From assembly GCF_006345805.1 (NCBI RefSeq), contig NC_043002.1, positions 8,308,001 through 8,372,000 of the forward strand: DNA of 64,000 nucleotides. The letters are read 5' to 3'. Origin of the DNA: Octopus sinensis (taxonomy: Eukaryota). The notes beneath the pieces were generated by a model that was given only the letters and a program-made list of their open reading frames with translations, was not told the DNA's origin and searched no databases. The number at the start of each line of letters is the position of its first letter. The first letter of the stretch is position 1. Positions 12,401 through 26,103 of the stretch are shown piece after piece. The position numbers were made by a program, and so were the translations under genes.

Positions 12401-15309
12401 GATACAGGAGTGCTGTATAATAATATTATGAAATGACATTTCTTTAGCAAGCAATACTGAGTTCAAATCCCCCTCTAAGAAAAAAAATAAACAACAAAAC
12501 ATGAACTTGTGATAGGCTGGGATCCTATTCAACAGAAAAAGATATCTTTCAATTAATATATTTCCCAGAGCTGAGTCTAAAAAAGATTACTGTATTCTAG
12601 ACATGAGGGTCACATTTTTCATTAGTCAATGTTAACGCTAGAGATGGGTTATCTATAATAAACTTAATATATTTTTGTCCTATAAACGTAAAAATAAAAT
12701 AAAGGCTATATGTGGTCAACAAAGGCTGGGTATTAGTACAGTTGTTAGTGCATCAAATAAAATGCCTTACAGAATTCCTTCTAACTTTGCACTCAAAATT
12801 CAAATCTCACCAAGATCATCTTTGCTTTTTTTTATTCTTTCAGAGTCAATAAAGAAAGTACTGATCCAGGGCAGTGGACTGATGGAACGGTAAGTTGATT
12901 TGTGTTACTTGTTCTAGCTCTGTTCAAATCCTGCAGTACTCTACTTGGGTTTTAGACTGAATTTATGGCCGGGTTTAATTCCATTACCACCTGGTCTTTG
13001 GATGCTTTCAATAGGGGCCACTCTGTTAGAAATCGTTCAAACTAGGTCTCTAGTTTAAAGAAACTTCCATACCTTCTTCTCACTAGTCTCAGAGGCTCTG
13101 TAAAGAGCCATGAACGCTACCTTCCCTCTTGACTAAAAGATGAAGTAGTAAAGTATGTGAAAGTGCTGACAAGTTGTGGTGCACCTGAGCACTGTATACA
13201 ATAATTTCATTATTATAACAAAATAGCCTGAAAAAATTTTGCAGGGATGCTCACGGCTGGAATTATTTTATTCAAAGTTTTGCTAATTTAAAGCAGTGGG
13301 GTGGGGTGGGGGAGACCCTACATGGTCTAGTGATGTTTAAAATCAACAAAATTTTTAAATTACCAAATCACTTATAGAACAGATATATTAGATGAAGTGG
13401 TACTGAGTTTCTCTGTTCAAAGAAAAAGATGGGATGGTTACAACTGGAATGTCCTTGATCATAAGTCTGATCAATTAGGATAGGAGCAGGAGTGGGTGGG
13501 TGGTGCTACACAATAGCAATAAGGAGAGAGAGGAAATTTCAAATACAGCAAACTCTATGAGGAGGAATCTTAAAGTTAAAGAAACAGAAACAAAGCACAA
13601 ATCAAGAACTGAAATGTGTTGGAGGAGGAGGGGCTGAAACAAGGACATCCTTATTGAGAAGAAGGAAATAAACATAACAGGAAATATGGTGGGAAGGGAA
13701 GAGGAGATGAGAGCATTAGAAAAAGGAAAGATGGTAAATTATTACGGAGATTACAAAGTTCCTAGAAATACAGCAAAAAACTTTAGGTGACGCCAAATAA
13801 AAACTTAAGAGAAATTCAGTCAGTTTTATTTTTAACATTTTTTTACTTTGAATTATTCATTTTTGATGTATAGTTGTTATAAATATTATTATTATTATTG
13901 CATTTTGTTCAGAGTTTATCAATGTATTCATATTATGGATAACTGTGTGCTAATATCAATGTATCATTGGTACAACATGGTGCTTAGCTTATCACCATCC
14001 ACACCATCATAAATTATTATTATTACTATTACTATTAATTTACTTGTATTGTACCACCTGTAAAAATCTCAGACTAAAAAGTAATATATATATATATATA
14101 CACATATATCTATATAAAATAAAAGAATGAAAATTAGAGACGCCTACATTTTGTATTGATTGTGTATGTGTGACTGAGTGCATATGTGTATACAAAAGTA
14201 AATGACATTTGTTTATGATGTACAAAAGGTAAAAATAATCAAGACAACAGCTCATCTGTTTGCAAAGTAGTTTTCTGTTATTTTATATATGTGTGTATAT
14301 GTGTGTTAGAAACCAGGGAAAATAGCAAAGACAACATTAATGGGCAACAGTTTAAGTTCTACAGATATAAAATATGGTTTGATAGAAGAATACAATGCAT
14401 TCTCATGTTCCCTTTTGCTTTTCTGCCCTTCATTCTTGCTCTCAATCAGTCACCCATAAACTTTTACACTCACCATTTCTTGCCTTCTACTTTTTTTTTT
14501 TCTTTCTATACTTCTTTCAGAAACAAACACACGTTCACATATTTGCTTTCCTTTGCTAAATGATATTTATTTTCTAAATCCATCATACCATACATACACA
14601 ACATATGCAAACATACAAAGACATAGGTTCATTTATAACATAATTTTTTTTTTTATTATTCTTATATCTCCCATCTACTTACTCTATAACTTAGTTATAC
14701 GACAAAATTCATGTTTCGTTGTGCATTTTTACCTACTCTCTCTTCTACGGTACTCTTCAAATCAGTTAATATTTAAGATTTGTGAGCTTAGAAACATTAT
14801 TATTGTTTTTGTTTTTTTTTTTTGAATTTTTATGTTGTATATAAGATTTTGATTAAAGAGCCCTGTTGAGTGACATTTTAAAAAACCTTTCTCAATAGAT
14901 ACAGGTAACAGGGAAACCAAAACCAAAATTGCACCTTCCCACACTCTTTCACTGGCCAAAATTCAACAGGTTGATCTAGAATAGGTTTATATATATCTAT
15001 GGTGTATGTATATAGAAATGCATACATACATATGTGTGCACAGGTGTACTGCATTTATGTATGTGTATGTCTACATAATTATATATACATATATATATAT
15101 ATATTTATTTATGTATATGTGTGTGTGTGTATACATAAAGATATATCTGCATATTTACATTTACAAGCACCTGTATTTAGAAGTGAACATTAATATATAT
15201 ATATATAAAGAATACATATATACACATGTGTATGTATATATACAACCATACAAAGAAATATTCATATTTATATGTATACATATAAAAGTGTGTATGTGTA
15301 TATATATAT

Positions 15310-15351
<42 letters not shown>

Positions 15352-16075
15352 AGAGTAAACACATAAATGTGAAACAAGGTGGAAAAAAGAGTACTCAAAT
15401 ACCAGTGGTAGAGTAATATGCTTTATTTAAAGCAGCAGAAAATTCAACTGCTTTAAATAAAGTATATATATATATATATGCACATGTATACACACACATG
15501 AATAAATATATATAAACATATGTGTATAGACATACATATATAGGTGTATCATTTGATATATACAATTTACAAAAAAAGCTACTAATAGTTACATGCTGAA
15601 GAGATACACTAATTTGGTAAATTTACATAAGGTGCAATGTGTCTCTGAGCATATGGCCTAATGGTAAACATTAAGCCTCAAAGATTGCTTGGGGATATAT
15701 GGCATGTTATACAAATCTGCCAAATTATTGTATCTCTACAGCATGAAACTATTAGTAGCTCTTTTGCAAACTGTGTATATTAAATGATATTTATCTCTCA
15801 CTGGAGATCCTACATCTAATGGAATAGTAAGCAATATATATATATACATATATATATTATATATAGAACTATATATATATATATATACATACATACACAA
15901 ATATATACATACATACACAAATATATACATATATATCCATGCACACACATATACATATAGATATATAAACATATATACACACATATATATACATATATGT
16001 GCATATACATATATATATGTATACACACATACAGCCACACATATATATGTATATATATGTATATATACATATACA

Positions 16076-16439
16076 TAGGAGTGGCTGCATGGTAAGTAGC
16101 TTGCTTACCAACCACATGATTCCAGGTTCAGTCACACTGCGTGGCACCTTGGGCAAGTGTCTTCTACTATAGCCTTGGGCCAACCAAAGCTTGTGAGTAG
16201 ATTTGGTAGATGGAAACTGAAAGAAGCCTGTCATATATGTGTGTGTGTTTGTGTTTCTGTGTTTGTACCCCCGCCATTGCTTGACAATTGATGGTGTGTT
16301 TACGTTCCTGTAACTTAGCGATTCAGCAAAAGTGACTGATGGACTAAGTACTTGACTTACAAAGAATAAGTCCTGAGGTCGATTTGTTTGACTAAAGGCA
16401 GTGCTCCAGCATGGCTGCTTTCAAATGATTGAAACAAAT
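16076..16439 (+). mobile_element. SINE family 1 copy
   Basis: Head AGGAGTGGCTGC..TGG, B-box-like GGTTCAGTC, CCTTGGGCAAGT CORE-like motif. Confidence 0.85.
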
Positions 16440-16777
16440 ATATATATATAGATACATATCCATATACAATATATATTAATATAAATATATATAGTACACA
16501 AATACCAGCGGTAGAGTAATATGCTTTCTAAACAAAACTATCAGACACACACACACATATATATATATGCACACATGTATATGCACATAGACATTTACAT
16601 ATATACAGACATATATACAAATATACATTTATATGTACATACATATATACATAGATATATACACACATGCATATATTTATATATATAAGTATATATATGT
16701 ATACCTATACATGCATATACATATGTGTATATATATATATAAATACACACATACACACGCATGAAAAATATGTATAC

Positions 16778-16864
<87 letters not shown>

Positions 16865-16867
16865 AAC

Positions 16868-16904
<37 letters not shown>

Positions 16905-17678
16905 AACATATATATATATATATATATATGATGTTAGAAAAAAACAGGCTCTCCTATATTAGGTAACATAGTTGGTAGATTATTATTATAATTATTGATA
17001 ATATAATACTATATAATAGTCTCATGATTGCTAGATTTCATGATTTCATGCCAAATATGGATATTTGAATCTAGCACTCATCACCAATAACTGGATGGAA
17101 TAGCATTATCTGGGCTCATTGTCTCTAAAAACCTCAAAGTATCAAAATGTCCAAGCAATGTCATTCCATTCTACCATTTCTGATGCTTGCAAGATTTGAA
17201 CCCCTTTCTCCAACATGAAACCATTCGCAAGTTTAGCTATCATAACACGATAATGATATACATCTATATATATATAAATAACATACAAATATATATACAT
17301 ATATATTTATATATATAAATATAGAGAAATACGTATACTATGATACATACATCAATGTATAAATATGTATGTATGTAGATTCATACACATATATACACAC
17401 AGACATATGTGTGTGTGTATGTATATGTATATATAATTATAAATATACACATCCATATACTTATATGTATACACATACATGAACTGGAATCGGTTAACTA
17501 ACCAAAACTTTAAGTCACACAGGACTGAATGAAACAGTTTTAAATAATAATAATAATAGTAATAATAATGATAAGTTTTTTGTGTGTATCTATGTACATA
17601 TATATATATATGTTTGCGTGTATGTTCCAAGATTTGACCACAACTGTCTGTCTATATATATATATATATATATACACA

Positions 17679-17817
17679 CAGTTGTGGCCAAATCTTGGAA
17701 CATAGGTCTGAAAATTAGAATTTTTATATTAAATGCTCAAATTATATTTGAACCAAATTGTACTTGGGGATAACAATTTTAATTTTTAAAAATGTTCCAG
17801 ACTTTTGGCCACCGCTG
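17679..17817. mobile_element. Tc1-type MITE (extra inverted TIR at 17622-17647)
   Basis: TIR CAGT(T/G)GTGGCCAAA..TGGAACA, within (TA)n. Confidence 0.7.
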
Positions 17818-18836
17818 TATATATATATATACATATATATATATGTGTGTGTATGTATTTATACATAAAGACATATGATGTTGTAAATGTTTGTCTTCAT
17901 ACGTACACCTGTAATTAATAGCCATACAAAAACAAGTACGCAACTACCTGTCTGTTTCTCTCACAGTGTGTGCGTGCGTGTGTGTCTGTGTGCATGCAGA
18001 TGTATTTATATATATATATATATACACACATATATATTGACAGGTAGATAGATGCACATACATACAGGCATACATATTTACATATGCTTGTGTATTTGTG
18101 CATGTGTATGTATGTGTGTGTGTGTGTATATATACACAAATATATAAATAAATAAATGCATACAAATATATCTATATGCATGTATATATATATATATATA
18201 AGTATATGTATGCATATATATATATATGTATATGTATATATATATGTGTGCATATGTATATAAGTATATGTATATATATATGTGTGCATATATATGTGTA
18301 TGTATGTATGCATATATAAACACACATCAGTCTATACAATATACACACATATATATATACATATGTGCAAATATATACGTACGCACATATTTGTGTTAAT
18401 TGAATATCTTTTTCTTAACTAATTACAAATGAATTTAGTAGAAGAATATTTCTTTTAAACAATTTTTTTTGATTTTTTTTTTTTAGATTTTATATGCAAA
18501 AAACCATTTCGATTCTATTAGTTGTTTCCCCTGATTTATTATACCACCTGTATAAAATTGTGAAGCTCGTATCTTCTTCCGCTAACAGACAATGCAGCCA
18601 CATAAATCAACTTCCATAAGAAAGGAAACCTGGTCTTAGACTTAATTTAATTATTTGAGACTGATCTGATTGCAAGATTGCGACCAGCAGACTTTCTATC
18701 ATTCCCTATGTTGGTATTGCCACCATATATTCTTTAAGAAGATATTATCAAGTCTGCTGGTCCTATCATTGCACACCAGTATGACATGTTCACGAAATAT
18801 TCCCATGTCCAATCAATTTACTGAATTTCAGTTCAT

Positions 18837-19297
18837 TTACAGTTCACTTTCTTCAGCGTTAATGTTCGCGATGTTTGTCAGTCCATGCATTGGCGCTAAG
18901 CGTAGTTTGAATTCAGTTGGTTGTCGAGTCTTGCTAAGATCAAGCCACAATCGTGCCGGGTCAGCTTGTTTGGTGGTGGTGGTCGTGGATGAAGGAAAAG
19001 TGATTGCAGATGAAACTTGTGTGTCTATGGATGACGGCTGATCTGAAAGAGCGTGTTTGTTTGCGGCAGTTGATGTTGGTTGTGTTGGTGTCTGTATCGA
19101 TGTTGTTGTTGTTATACTAGTTCCTTCTGAATTTGTCTGCTGGTACGGGCAGGGACTGCTGTTAGTGGAGCTTGCCAACATCCTTGTGTTGACTGGCAGT
19201 GTTGTTGCTGAAGTAGAACCTGTCTGAGCATTCGCAGCGGCAGCAGCAGCAACACAGCCCTCTGTTTCAGGGAAAATGTCTGTACAAATGCCACTTT
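18837..19297 (-). CDS. PLEKHG4: Terminal coding exon ESGICTDIFPETEG...NINAEESEL*
   Basis: T-tract plus cttccAG acceptor, phase 1 in frame, 153 codons to TAA; Ser/Thr/Ala low-complexity sequence. Confidence 0.85.
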
Positions 19298-19411
19298 CTG
19301 GAAGATAGAAAAAAAAAAAAAATTTTAAATACTAGTAACCAATATTTTGGAATGAAGATATAATTATTGATAGCAGTTTATATATAAATACATGTACATA
19401 CATACGTACAT

Positions 19412-19632
19412 TATGACTGCCCCCTCGTTATCGAGTATGGCCATTGCATGAAGCTTAACTGTTACTGGTGCTGTGATCGAATGTGACTTTTTAGCCCAGC
19501 TAAAGATCTACAATGTCTTGTACAAAATTGGCAACTAAAACCTTTACTGGTAATAGCCGGCTGTAGTTGTAACTGGGCTTCATGTACCTTTGCATGTCGT
19601 TTAAGTCCTCCTGCCGAATTACACTATCTTCC
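19412..19632 (-). mobile_element. RTE/BovB-like LINE 3' end with a C2H2 finger
   Basis: CQFCTRHCRSLAGLKSHIRSQHQ* then a short CTCG..CGAG hairpin. Confidence 0.65.
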
Positions 19633-19674
19633 ATATGCATACATAGATACATACATTCATATATATATTCTTTC

Positions 19675-19897
19675 CTTTTATTCTTTTACATGTTTCAGTC
19701 TGTCAAGTGATGTTGGGGTGGGGACAAAAACAGACACACAAACACACATATACACGACAGGCTTCTTTCAGTTTCCATCTACCAAATCCACTCACAATGC
19801 CAAGCCCAAGGCTATAGTAGAAGACACTGGCCCAAGGTGCCACGCAGTGGGATTGAATCCGGAACCAGGTGGTCGGTAAGCAAGTTACTTACCACAC
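19675..19897 (-). mobile_element. SINE family 1, internally deleted copy
   Basis: Reverse complement of head and tail segments. Confidence 0.75.
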
Positions 19898-20644
19898 ATC
19901 CAAGGTGACAACATAAATGCAAAACAAGGTGGAAAAAATAGTATCTGACTACCAAAGGTAGAGTAATATACTTTTAATTAAAGCTGCAAAATTATCACGC
20001 AGCTGTTAATCACAGTTTCATGTTCCTGTTTGTCGGACGGTTTAATGAAAATTGAATTAAGATTGTTCAGGTACATGTAATACATCATCATCATCATCGT
20101 TTAACGTCCGCTTTCCATGCTAGCATGGGTTGGACGAATGACTGAGGGCTGGCGAACCAGATGAAGTGGTAATATAGTGTGATATAATTCAAATATGCAA
20201 ATGAAGCACTCAAATTTGATTATATGTATGTGTGTGGTGGATAGACAGATAAATTGATATTTCATGCATTTGATTTTTTTTTGTTTGACTTCTGTTTTTC
20301 AATGTTAGCAGGGGTCAGGATGAGGAGTCAAGGGAAGATTTTATGATCAGATGTTCCTTCTTTTACCAACTCCCAATTGTTTTCATGAAAAGGATTTTTA
20401 AAATTTATTTCAGAGGTTTCGAAAGTGCAGCGTACTGTCAGCATGGGATGTCAACAATTACCAGCACTTTGCTCAACCAATGAAGTGGTAATATAGTGTG
20501 ATATAATTCAATATCAGTATTCACATACATTCACACATACATATATAAACACAATGTAAATTGAAGGCAATTTAAAAAATTAAAAAATTGTGGGGAAGAG
20601 ACTTGTGAAGTGTCAGATGAAAAGTGAAAGTATATTAGTGCCAA

Positions 20645-20878
20645 AGGCCGCGAGCTGGCGGAAACGTTAGCATGCCGGGCGGAATGCTTAGCGGTATTTC
20701 GTCTGTCGTTACGTTCTGAGTTCAAATTCCGCCGAGGTCGACTTTGCCTTTCATCCTTTCAGGGTCGATTAAATAAATACCAGTTATGCACTGGGGTCGA
20801 TATAATCGACTTAATCCGTTTGTCTGTCCTTGTTTGTCCCCTCTATGTTTAGCCCCTTGTGGGTAGTAAAGAAATATG
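20645..20878 (+). mobile_element. SINE family 2 copy
   Basis: 12-bp TSD TATTAGTGCCAA. Confidence 0.9.
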
Positions 20879-21062
20879 TATTAGTGCCAACAATATTGGC
20901 TTTTGAAGAAAAAGGAAAATATATCAATCTTGAGTAAGGGGGCTCTTTGCATTGAAGCTGTAATTAGAACGGATTGCATGGAACAGAATGACTTGGAAGG
21001 TACCAAATGATTATTCTCTACAGGGAGCTGGAAGTAAAAAAAAAAAAGGAATAACATTTTAC

Positions 21063-21293
21063 CATTTGAAGAATTCATTGACCGTCGATTGAAATGTGGG
21101 CTGTCTGCATTTGCATTGGAACTGAGTATCATGTTTTCAAAGGCTAAATTGAGAGAGTTGAGAAGTCCGTGACTTGTAGATTGACCACTACTTGAGGAAG
21201 ATGTGCTACTTAGAGAGTTGATTGAGAGAGGTCGTTTGGCACCATCTCGGAAGTGGTCAACTGAGGAGACTGCAATGGAATTACGGGAACGTG
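21063..21293 (-). CDS. PLEKHG4: C-terminal exon ARSRNSIAVSSVDH...KRPLS...SSTSSSSS...SMNSSN
   Basis: SIAVSS.DH...KRP..SSTSSSSS resembles the PLEKHG4B tail; long pyrimidine tract plus CAG; 231 nt phase 1/1. Confidence 0.9.
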
Positions 21294-21499
21294 CTGGAAC
21301 AGAAAGAGAGAAAGAGAAATATAGAGAGTTAGAACTTTTTCTTCGATACAACCTAACACACACCACACCACGCAAGTAGACAAACAGATCTATCTCTGCA
21401 TGCATTTTCTTTCCTATGTCGGCACCTCAGTGTAACCAGAACCAAATTTGAAACCAGCATGTGTGTGTTTTAAATTACCAAACTAATACTACATCACAA

Positions 21500-21778
21500 G
21501 GGTTGACGAAATATGGCGGATTGCTCTGACACCGAGTGGTATTAGGGCCACAACCCAGCAGACGGGGCTCTCTGCTGAAAATCCTTGGAGTGTCTGCTTC
21601 GGCAACTGGTGACTCCTCGGTTGTTCTGTCCCTGCGTCTGCGGACAATCTGCGGCAAACAAGACGTCTCCACATGCGGGATTGTTGGAGACCGCTTGTGA
21701 AATGCACATATTCCCACGAAACTTCTTCCATGAGTAGAAGAAGCCCAGGGTGAATGTTGCCACAAGTACAAGTAAGTA
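21500..21778 (+). mobile_element. Probable degenerate RTE 3' end related to 32990
   Basis: Ends CC.GGGTGAATG..GCCACAAGTACAAGTAAGT like the 33200 copy. Confidence 0.45.
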
Positions 21779-22022
21779 GTAAAATAATACAGAATATATA
21801 TTAGGCACAAAACCACAAATCTGTGGGAAAGGAGACAGTCAAATACATTGCCTTTATTTTATCAACTCTAACAGGGTTTCAGCTCAAAACATAAAGATCT
21901 GTAACTGGAAATTGCAAAACATTTGGCAGGTTGCTCTATTACAGGGATTCCCAAACTGAGGTAAATTTACTACCAAGGTGCAAATATCCTAACTTTTTTA
22001 ATATTACTAGGATTTTATAATA

Positions 22023-22530
22023 AAATAATAATAATGAAATTATTGTATACAGTGCTCAGGTGCCCCACAACTTGTCAAAAGTGCATATAAAGCATATGCA
22101 GTAATGTACAAATGTCTGGGAAGTGAACAGTGTATGAGTCAGATACATGCTTCCGTGTGTATGGAGGGGAGAAAATCAGGTGTAGTGTTGGCGAATCTCA
22201 GGAAGCATGGAAGTTTTGAAGGATGCAGTGCTCCGACAACTAACAACTGATGCCGGCAGTTTGTTCCATGCTTCAGCAACTCTTAGCGTGAAAAATTGTT
22301 TCCGAAAGTCATGGAAGGAGCTGTGCTGTTTTCTTACTTTGTAAATATGTCCACGGGTGTTAGATGGGTGGAGTTTGAAAAGGTGCTCAGAGTTATTGCT
22401 TGTAAGATGGTTAATAATTTTATGGGTGTCTGCCAAGTCAGCTGCCAGACATCGGAGTTTCAAAGTGTCCATGCCCAGGGAAGTAAGGCATTCAGAATAT
22501 GGCAAATGCTTGATGGATGGTATTCTCCAT
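22023..22530 (-). mobile_element. CR1-clade LINE 3' end
   Basis: ORF 22176-22505 with CR1 C-terminal motifs. Confidence 0.88.
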
Positions 22531-22713
22531 CTTCTTTCTGGAGTAAAAATATGTGCCAGTTATGTAACAGGATAAATTTAATTAACAATATACACATCCC
22601 CCTTTGTGGCTTTATTACTTTATGCTACCATTTCTACAAACACCTGGCCCTCAAATAAGAATAACATATCAACAAAGGAAGCTATAAGTAGGAATTGTCA
22701 GTAAAAGACTTAC

Positions 22714-22824
22714 CAGCAAATTGTCCAGAAGTGACTAAGTTTTCATTTAAATTATAATCTGCTTTCAGGTCAAAACTTGGCTTACTTCCCATCCCCATTG
22801 AAGCCATCTCAGTTTTTCGGCTTT
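22714..22824 (-). CDS. PLEKHG4: post-PH exon ESRKTEMASMGMGSKPSFDLK...GQFA
   Basis: EMASMG.G.KP motif of the family; 111 nt phase 1/1; ttaacAG and GTAAGT. Confidence 0.92.
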
Positions 22825-23399
22825 CTGTTAAAAATACAACACAAACCATTTTATATACTTTCTTCAAATACATTTTGGGATATGATTTTTTTTCCAAGGT
22901 ATGTCAACACATTCCATTAATAATAACAATAACAAGAGATATTTCTAATACTGGTAAAAGGTAAGAGAAATGGGGAGAAAAGAAGTTAGGTATGATCTTA
23001 TGACAGGTTAAGTGCAAGCTTCTGGAAAAAAATACAATGTTTGAGAGAAAATCATTATAATGGAGTATAATATTTGGGGTAGAATCTTTTGTGTCCAAGT
23101 TTAAAGAAATATCTGTAAAAAGAAAAAATTAACTATACTAAGATGAGTATCAACTGCAAGTCTTAAACCCATATCACTGATAAGTTTAATGCGGTCTTAG
23201 TTAATCTAATTCATGGCTATTTATACTATATATGATTAAGAGTCCATCATCTCTTTAAAGGCCTCTCTTCAAGGCAGGAAGTTTTCTGATGTAATCAAGC
23301 TAAAAGGTAAATTTCTGATAATTAATTATTGTTAAGTGCTGTTACATATTCTTGGAGAAACATCAAATACTTCATCTCCATGTTTTCTTTTTACTCAAT

Positions 23400-23736
23400 C
23401 AATGGAAATTGTAGTAGTGTTATCAGTGCCGATGGCATGTAAAAGAACCATCCGAACGTGGCTGTTGCCAGCACCGCCCCGACTGGCCTCCGTGCCGGTG
23501 ACACATAAAAAGCACCAAGCAATCCTGGCTGTTGCCAGCCTCGCCTAGCACCATGTCAGTGGCACGTAAAAGGCACCCACTACATTCACGGAGTGGTTGG
23601 CATTAGGAAGGGCATCCAGCTGTAGAAACACTGGCAGATCAGACTGGGCCTGGTGCAGCCTCCTGGCTTCCCAGACCCTGGTCGAACCATCCAACCCATG
23701 CTAGCATGGAAAGCGGACGTTAAACGATGATGATGA
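23400..23736 (+). mobile_element. RTE-family 3' UTR copy (subfamily B), ~3 modules
   Basis: Modules, then GTTGGCATTAGGAAGGGCATCC, then GACGTTAAACGATGATG. Confidence 0.8.
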
Positions 23737-23979
23737 ATTGTCAAAAAGAAAATGGATTTTCTTTTGTACATAATTATTTTGATAAGTTAAATTGTGTCTA
23801 GGATGCGTTTGGAAAGTATTCCTTAATTCAATTTGTTGGGTGTTGATTAAGTTTGCAAGGAGGATGAAAAATAAATATTCTGTTTTATCATCATGTTAAG
23901 GTGCGGATTACATTATATTAAAGATTGTGTAGATCCAGAATAAATATGGTGGCTAGTTTGGTTTTGAAAGTAGACTTAC

Positions 23980-24157
23980 CTCGATTCTTTATTGCTTGTC
24001 TCCACAACAATCTAGAAATATCTTGAACCCAGCTTTTTTTGATATCATTATCTTGAGCATGTAAAATATAGTTTTCTCCAAGTGATCGCCGTCGGAACCA
24101 GATTTCAAATTTATTTGTGTGATCACGGAAATTTTCTGTTAATCCAATATCTGAAGT
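23980..24157 (-). CDS. PLEKHG4: PH exon TSDIGLTENF...KFEIWFRRR...KKSWVQDISRLLWRQAIKNR
   Basis: IGLTEN, FEIWFRRR and LLWRQA family motifs; 178 nt phase 0/1; ttgtAG and GTAAGT. Confidence 0.95.
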
Positions 24158-24233
24158 CTACAACAAGAGCAAAAGACAAATAGGTTATTTGACAGACCAG
24201 CTTAGTGCAGGGAATTTAACAGGTTTGTTTTTA

Positions 24234-24472
24234 AAATAATAATGAAATTATTGTATACCGTGCTCAGGTGCACCACAACTTGTCAAAAGTGTGTATAAAG
24301 CATATGCAGTAATGTATAAATGTCTGGAAAGCAAACAGTGTATGCGTCAGATACATGCTTGCGTGTGTATGGAGGGGAGAAAATCAGATGTAGTGTTGGT
24401 GAATCTCAGGAAGCATGGAAGTTTTGAAGGATGCAGTGCTCCAACAACTAAGAACTGATGCCAGCAGTTTGT
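24234..24472 (-). mobile_element. CR1-clade LINE 3' end (short)
   Basis: Family match. Confidence 0.85.
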
Positions 24473-24938
24473 ACCACAAAACACTTGAGCTAAGTGATTC
24501 TCAAACAGTAGCCTCACAACCTACGAAAAATGATGAAATTGTCAGCATCCCTCCTTATCTTTATTAATTAATAAGATTTGTAACCATATAATTCTTGTTT
24601 CCTCCTCAAGTCGTTTGAGAAGTTTAAAAAGAAGGAAATCATCATAATTTTGATAAATATGGCAATTTGTTTATTGCAGGATGGATTCCCTGTGAGAGAC
24701 ACTGCTATCAATTGCTACAATTTTCAATAAACACCAACATCTTAACACTGATTAAACAACGAGCCAATACCAGTTGACCTGCTAGAAATAACCACCTAAA
24801 TCTTTGTATTTTGTATTTCATGTTGTTCATGTTTTATGACGTCTTGTACCCACATATGCATATGTATATACATATATATGTAAGTATGTACATATATGTA
24901 TGTATATATGCATATATAATATATATATATATATATAT

Positions 24939-25347
24939 AGGCGCAGGAGTGGCTGTGTGGTAAGTAGCTTGCTAACCAACCACATGGTTCCGGGTTCAGT
25001 CCCAGTGCGTGGCATCTTGGGCAAGTGTCTTCTGCTATAGCCCCGGGCCGACCAATGCCTTGTGAGTGGATTTGGTAGACGGAAACTGAAAGAAGCCTGT
25101 CGTATATATGTATATATATATATGTATGAGTGTGTTTGTGTGTCTGTGTTTGTTCCCCTAGCATTGCTTGACAACCGATGCTGGTGTGTTTATGTCCCCA
25201 TCACTTAGCGGTTCGGCAAAAGAGACCGATAGAATAAGTACTGGGCTTACAAAAAGAATAAGTCCCAGGGTGGAGTTGCTTGACCAAAGGCGGTGCTCCA
25301 GCATGGCTGCAGTCAAATGACTGAAACAAGTAAAAGAGTAAAAGAGT
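24939..25347 (+). mobile_element. SINE family 1 full-length copy
   Basis: GGCGCAGGAGTGGCTGTGTGG A-box, GGTTCAGTCCC B-box, GTAAAAGA tandem tail, inserted in (TA)n. Confidence 0.9.
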
Positions 25348-25348
25348 G

Positions 25349-25384
<36 letters not shown>

Positions 25385-25885
25385 TATGCATACATACACA
25401 CAGACATATACATAAGGGGGGGCGGAGAGGGAGAGAGGGAGCAGCATAAACTTTTTTTTAAATTCAAACAGCTTGGAATCATCAGTTATTTTACAGACAT
25501 ATTTATTGAAATATTTTCCTGGAGCTAAACTGCATTTATATATCTGCTGAAAATACTATCATTTAAAATTTTGAAACATTTCCACGTATTTTAATTTATT
25601 TAAAGTGTGAAAATCCTTCTTTGTCATTGTCTGTCAAAGAAGATAATTATGACAATTAGTAAATGTGTTAATTCAATCTTGTTTTATTATTAATCCAAGT
25701 CTTTCATGGATGAAATACATTTTCCGATGGATATGTGACTAACCATACCATGTCTTTGCTTGTTATATACTGACAAGGTCTGGAGAAGATGTCTAATCAC
25801 TAAATGGCCAATCGTTCCTTTAAACTAGGCATTGAATTAGCATCTAATGGTTATAGCCACTTTATTTATACCCAGTAGCTCTTAA

Positions 25886-26103
25886 CCCTTTCGTTACTGA
25901 ATTTATTTTGAGATGCTCAGTGTTTCTTCCAATTATGTTAAATATAACAAAGAATTAAGTAAAATAACATCGTTATCATTAAGCTAGAGTTAGGGGACAT
26001 AAATTGTGACTAATTGTGGAAGGTTTTAATTCAGAACTTTTGAAAACCAGACATTTGTACTAAAGAGCTAGAGCCGGTTTCAGCTGGGTTGTTAACGAAA
26101 GGG
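25886..26103. mobile_element. piggyBac-type MITE
   Basis: TTAA|CCCTTTCGTTA...TAACGAAAGGG|TTAA. Confidence 0.85.

Larger units (their letters stand above)
14985..18390. repeat. Extensive degenerate (TA)/(CA)/(TACA) microsatellite field
   Basis: Direct reading; source of many spurious Y/I/C/V ORFs. Confidence 0.9.

Noticed and set aside
13340-13475. Recurrent degenerate motif AAAGATGGGATGGT..CTGGAAT (also 50060-50280, 54150-54210)
   Set aside because: Clearly an old dispersed repeat, but too decayed to delimit or classify
14999-18325. Many 60-136 aa ORFs rich in Y/I/C/V/H/T (also 38218-38853, 47830-48383, 62469-62833, 62972-63442)
   Set aside because: They are translations of dinucleotide and tetranucleotide microsatellites
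21475-21816. 113-aa minus-strand ORF as an extra RhoGEF exon
   Set aside because: No suitable acceptor; flanking exons join in frame without it; the + strand looks like an RTE 3' end
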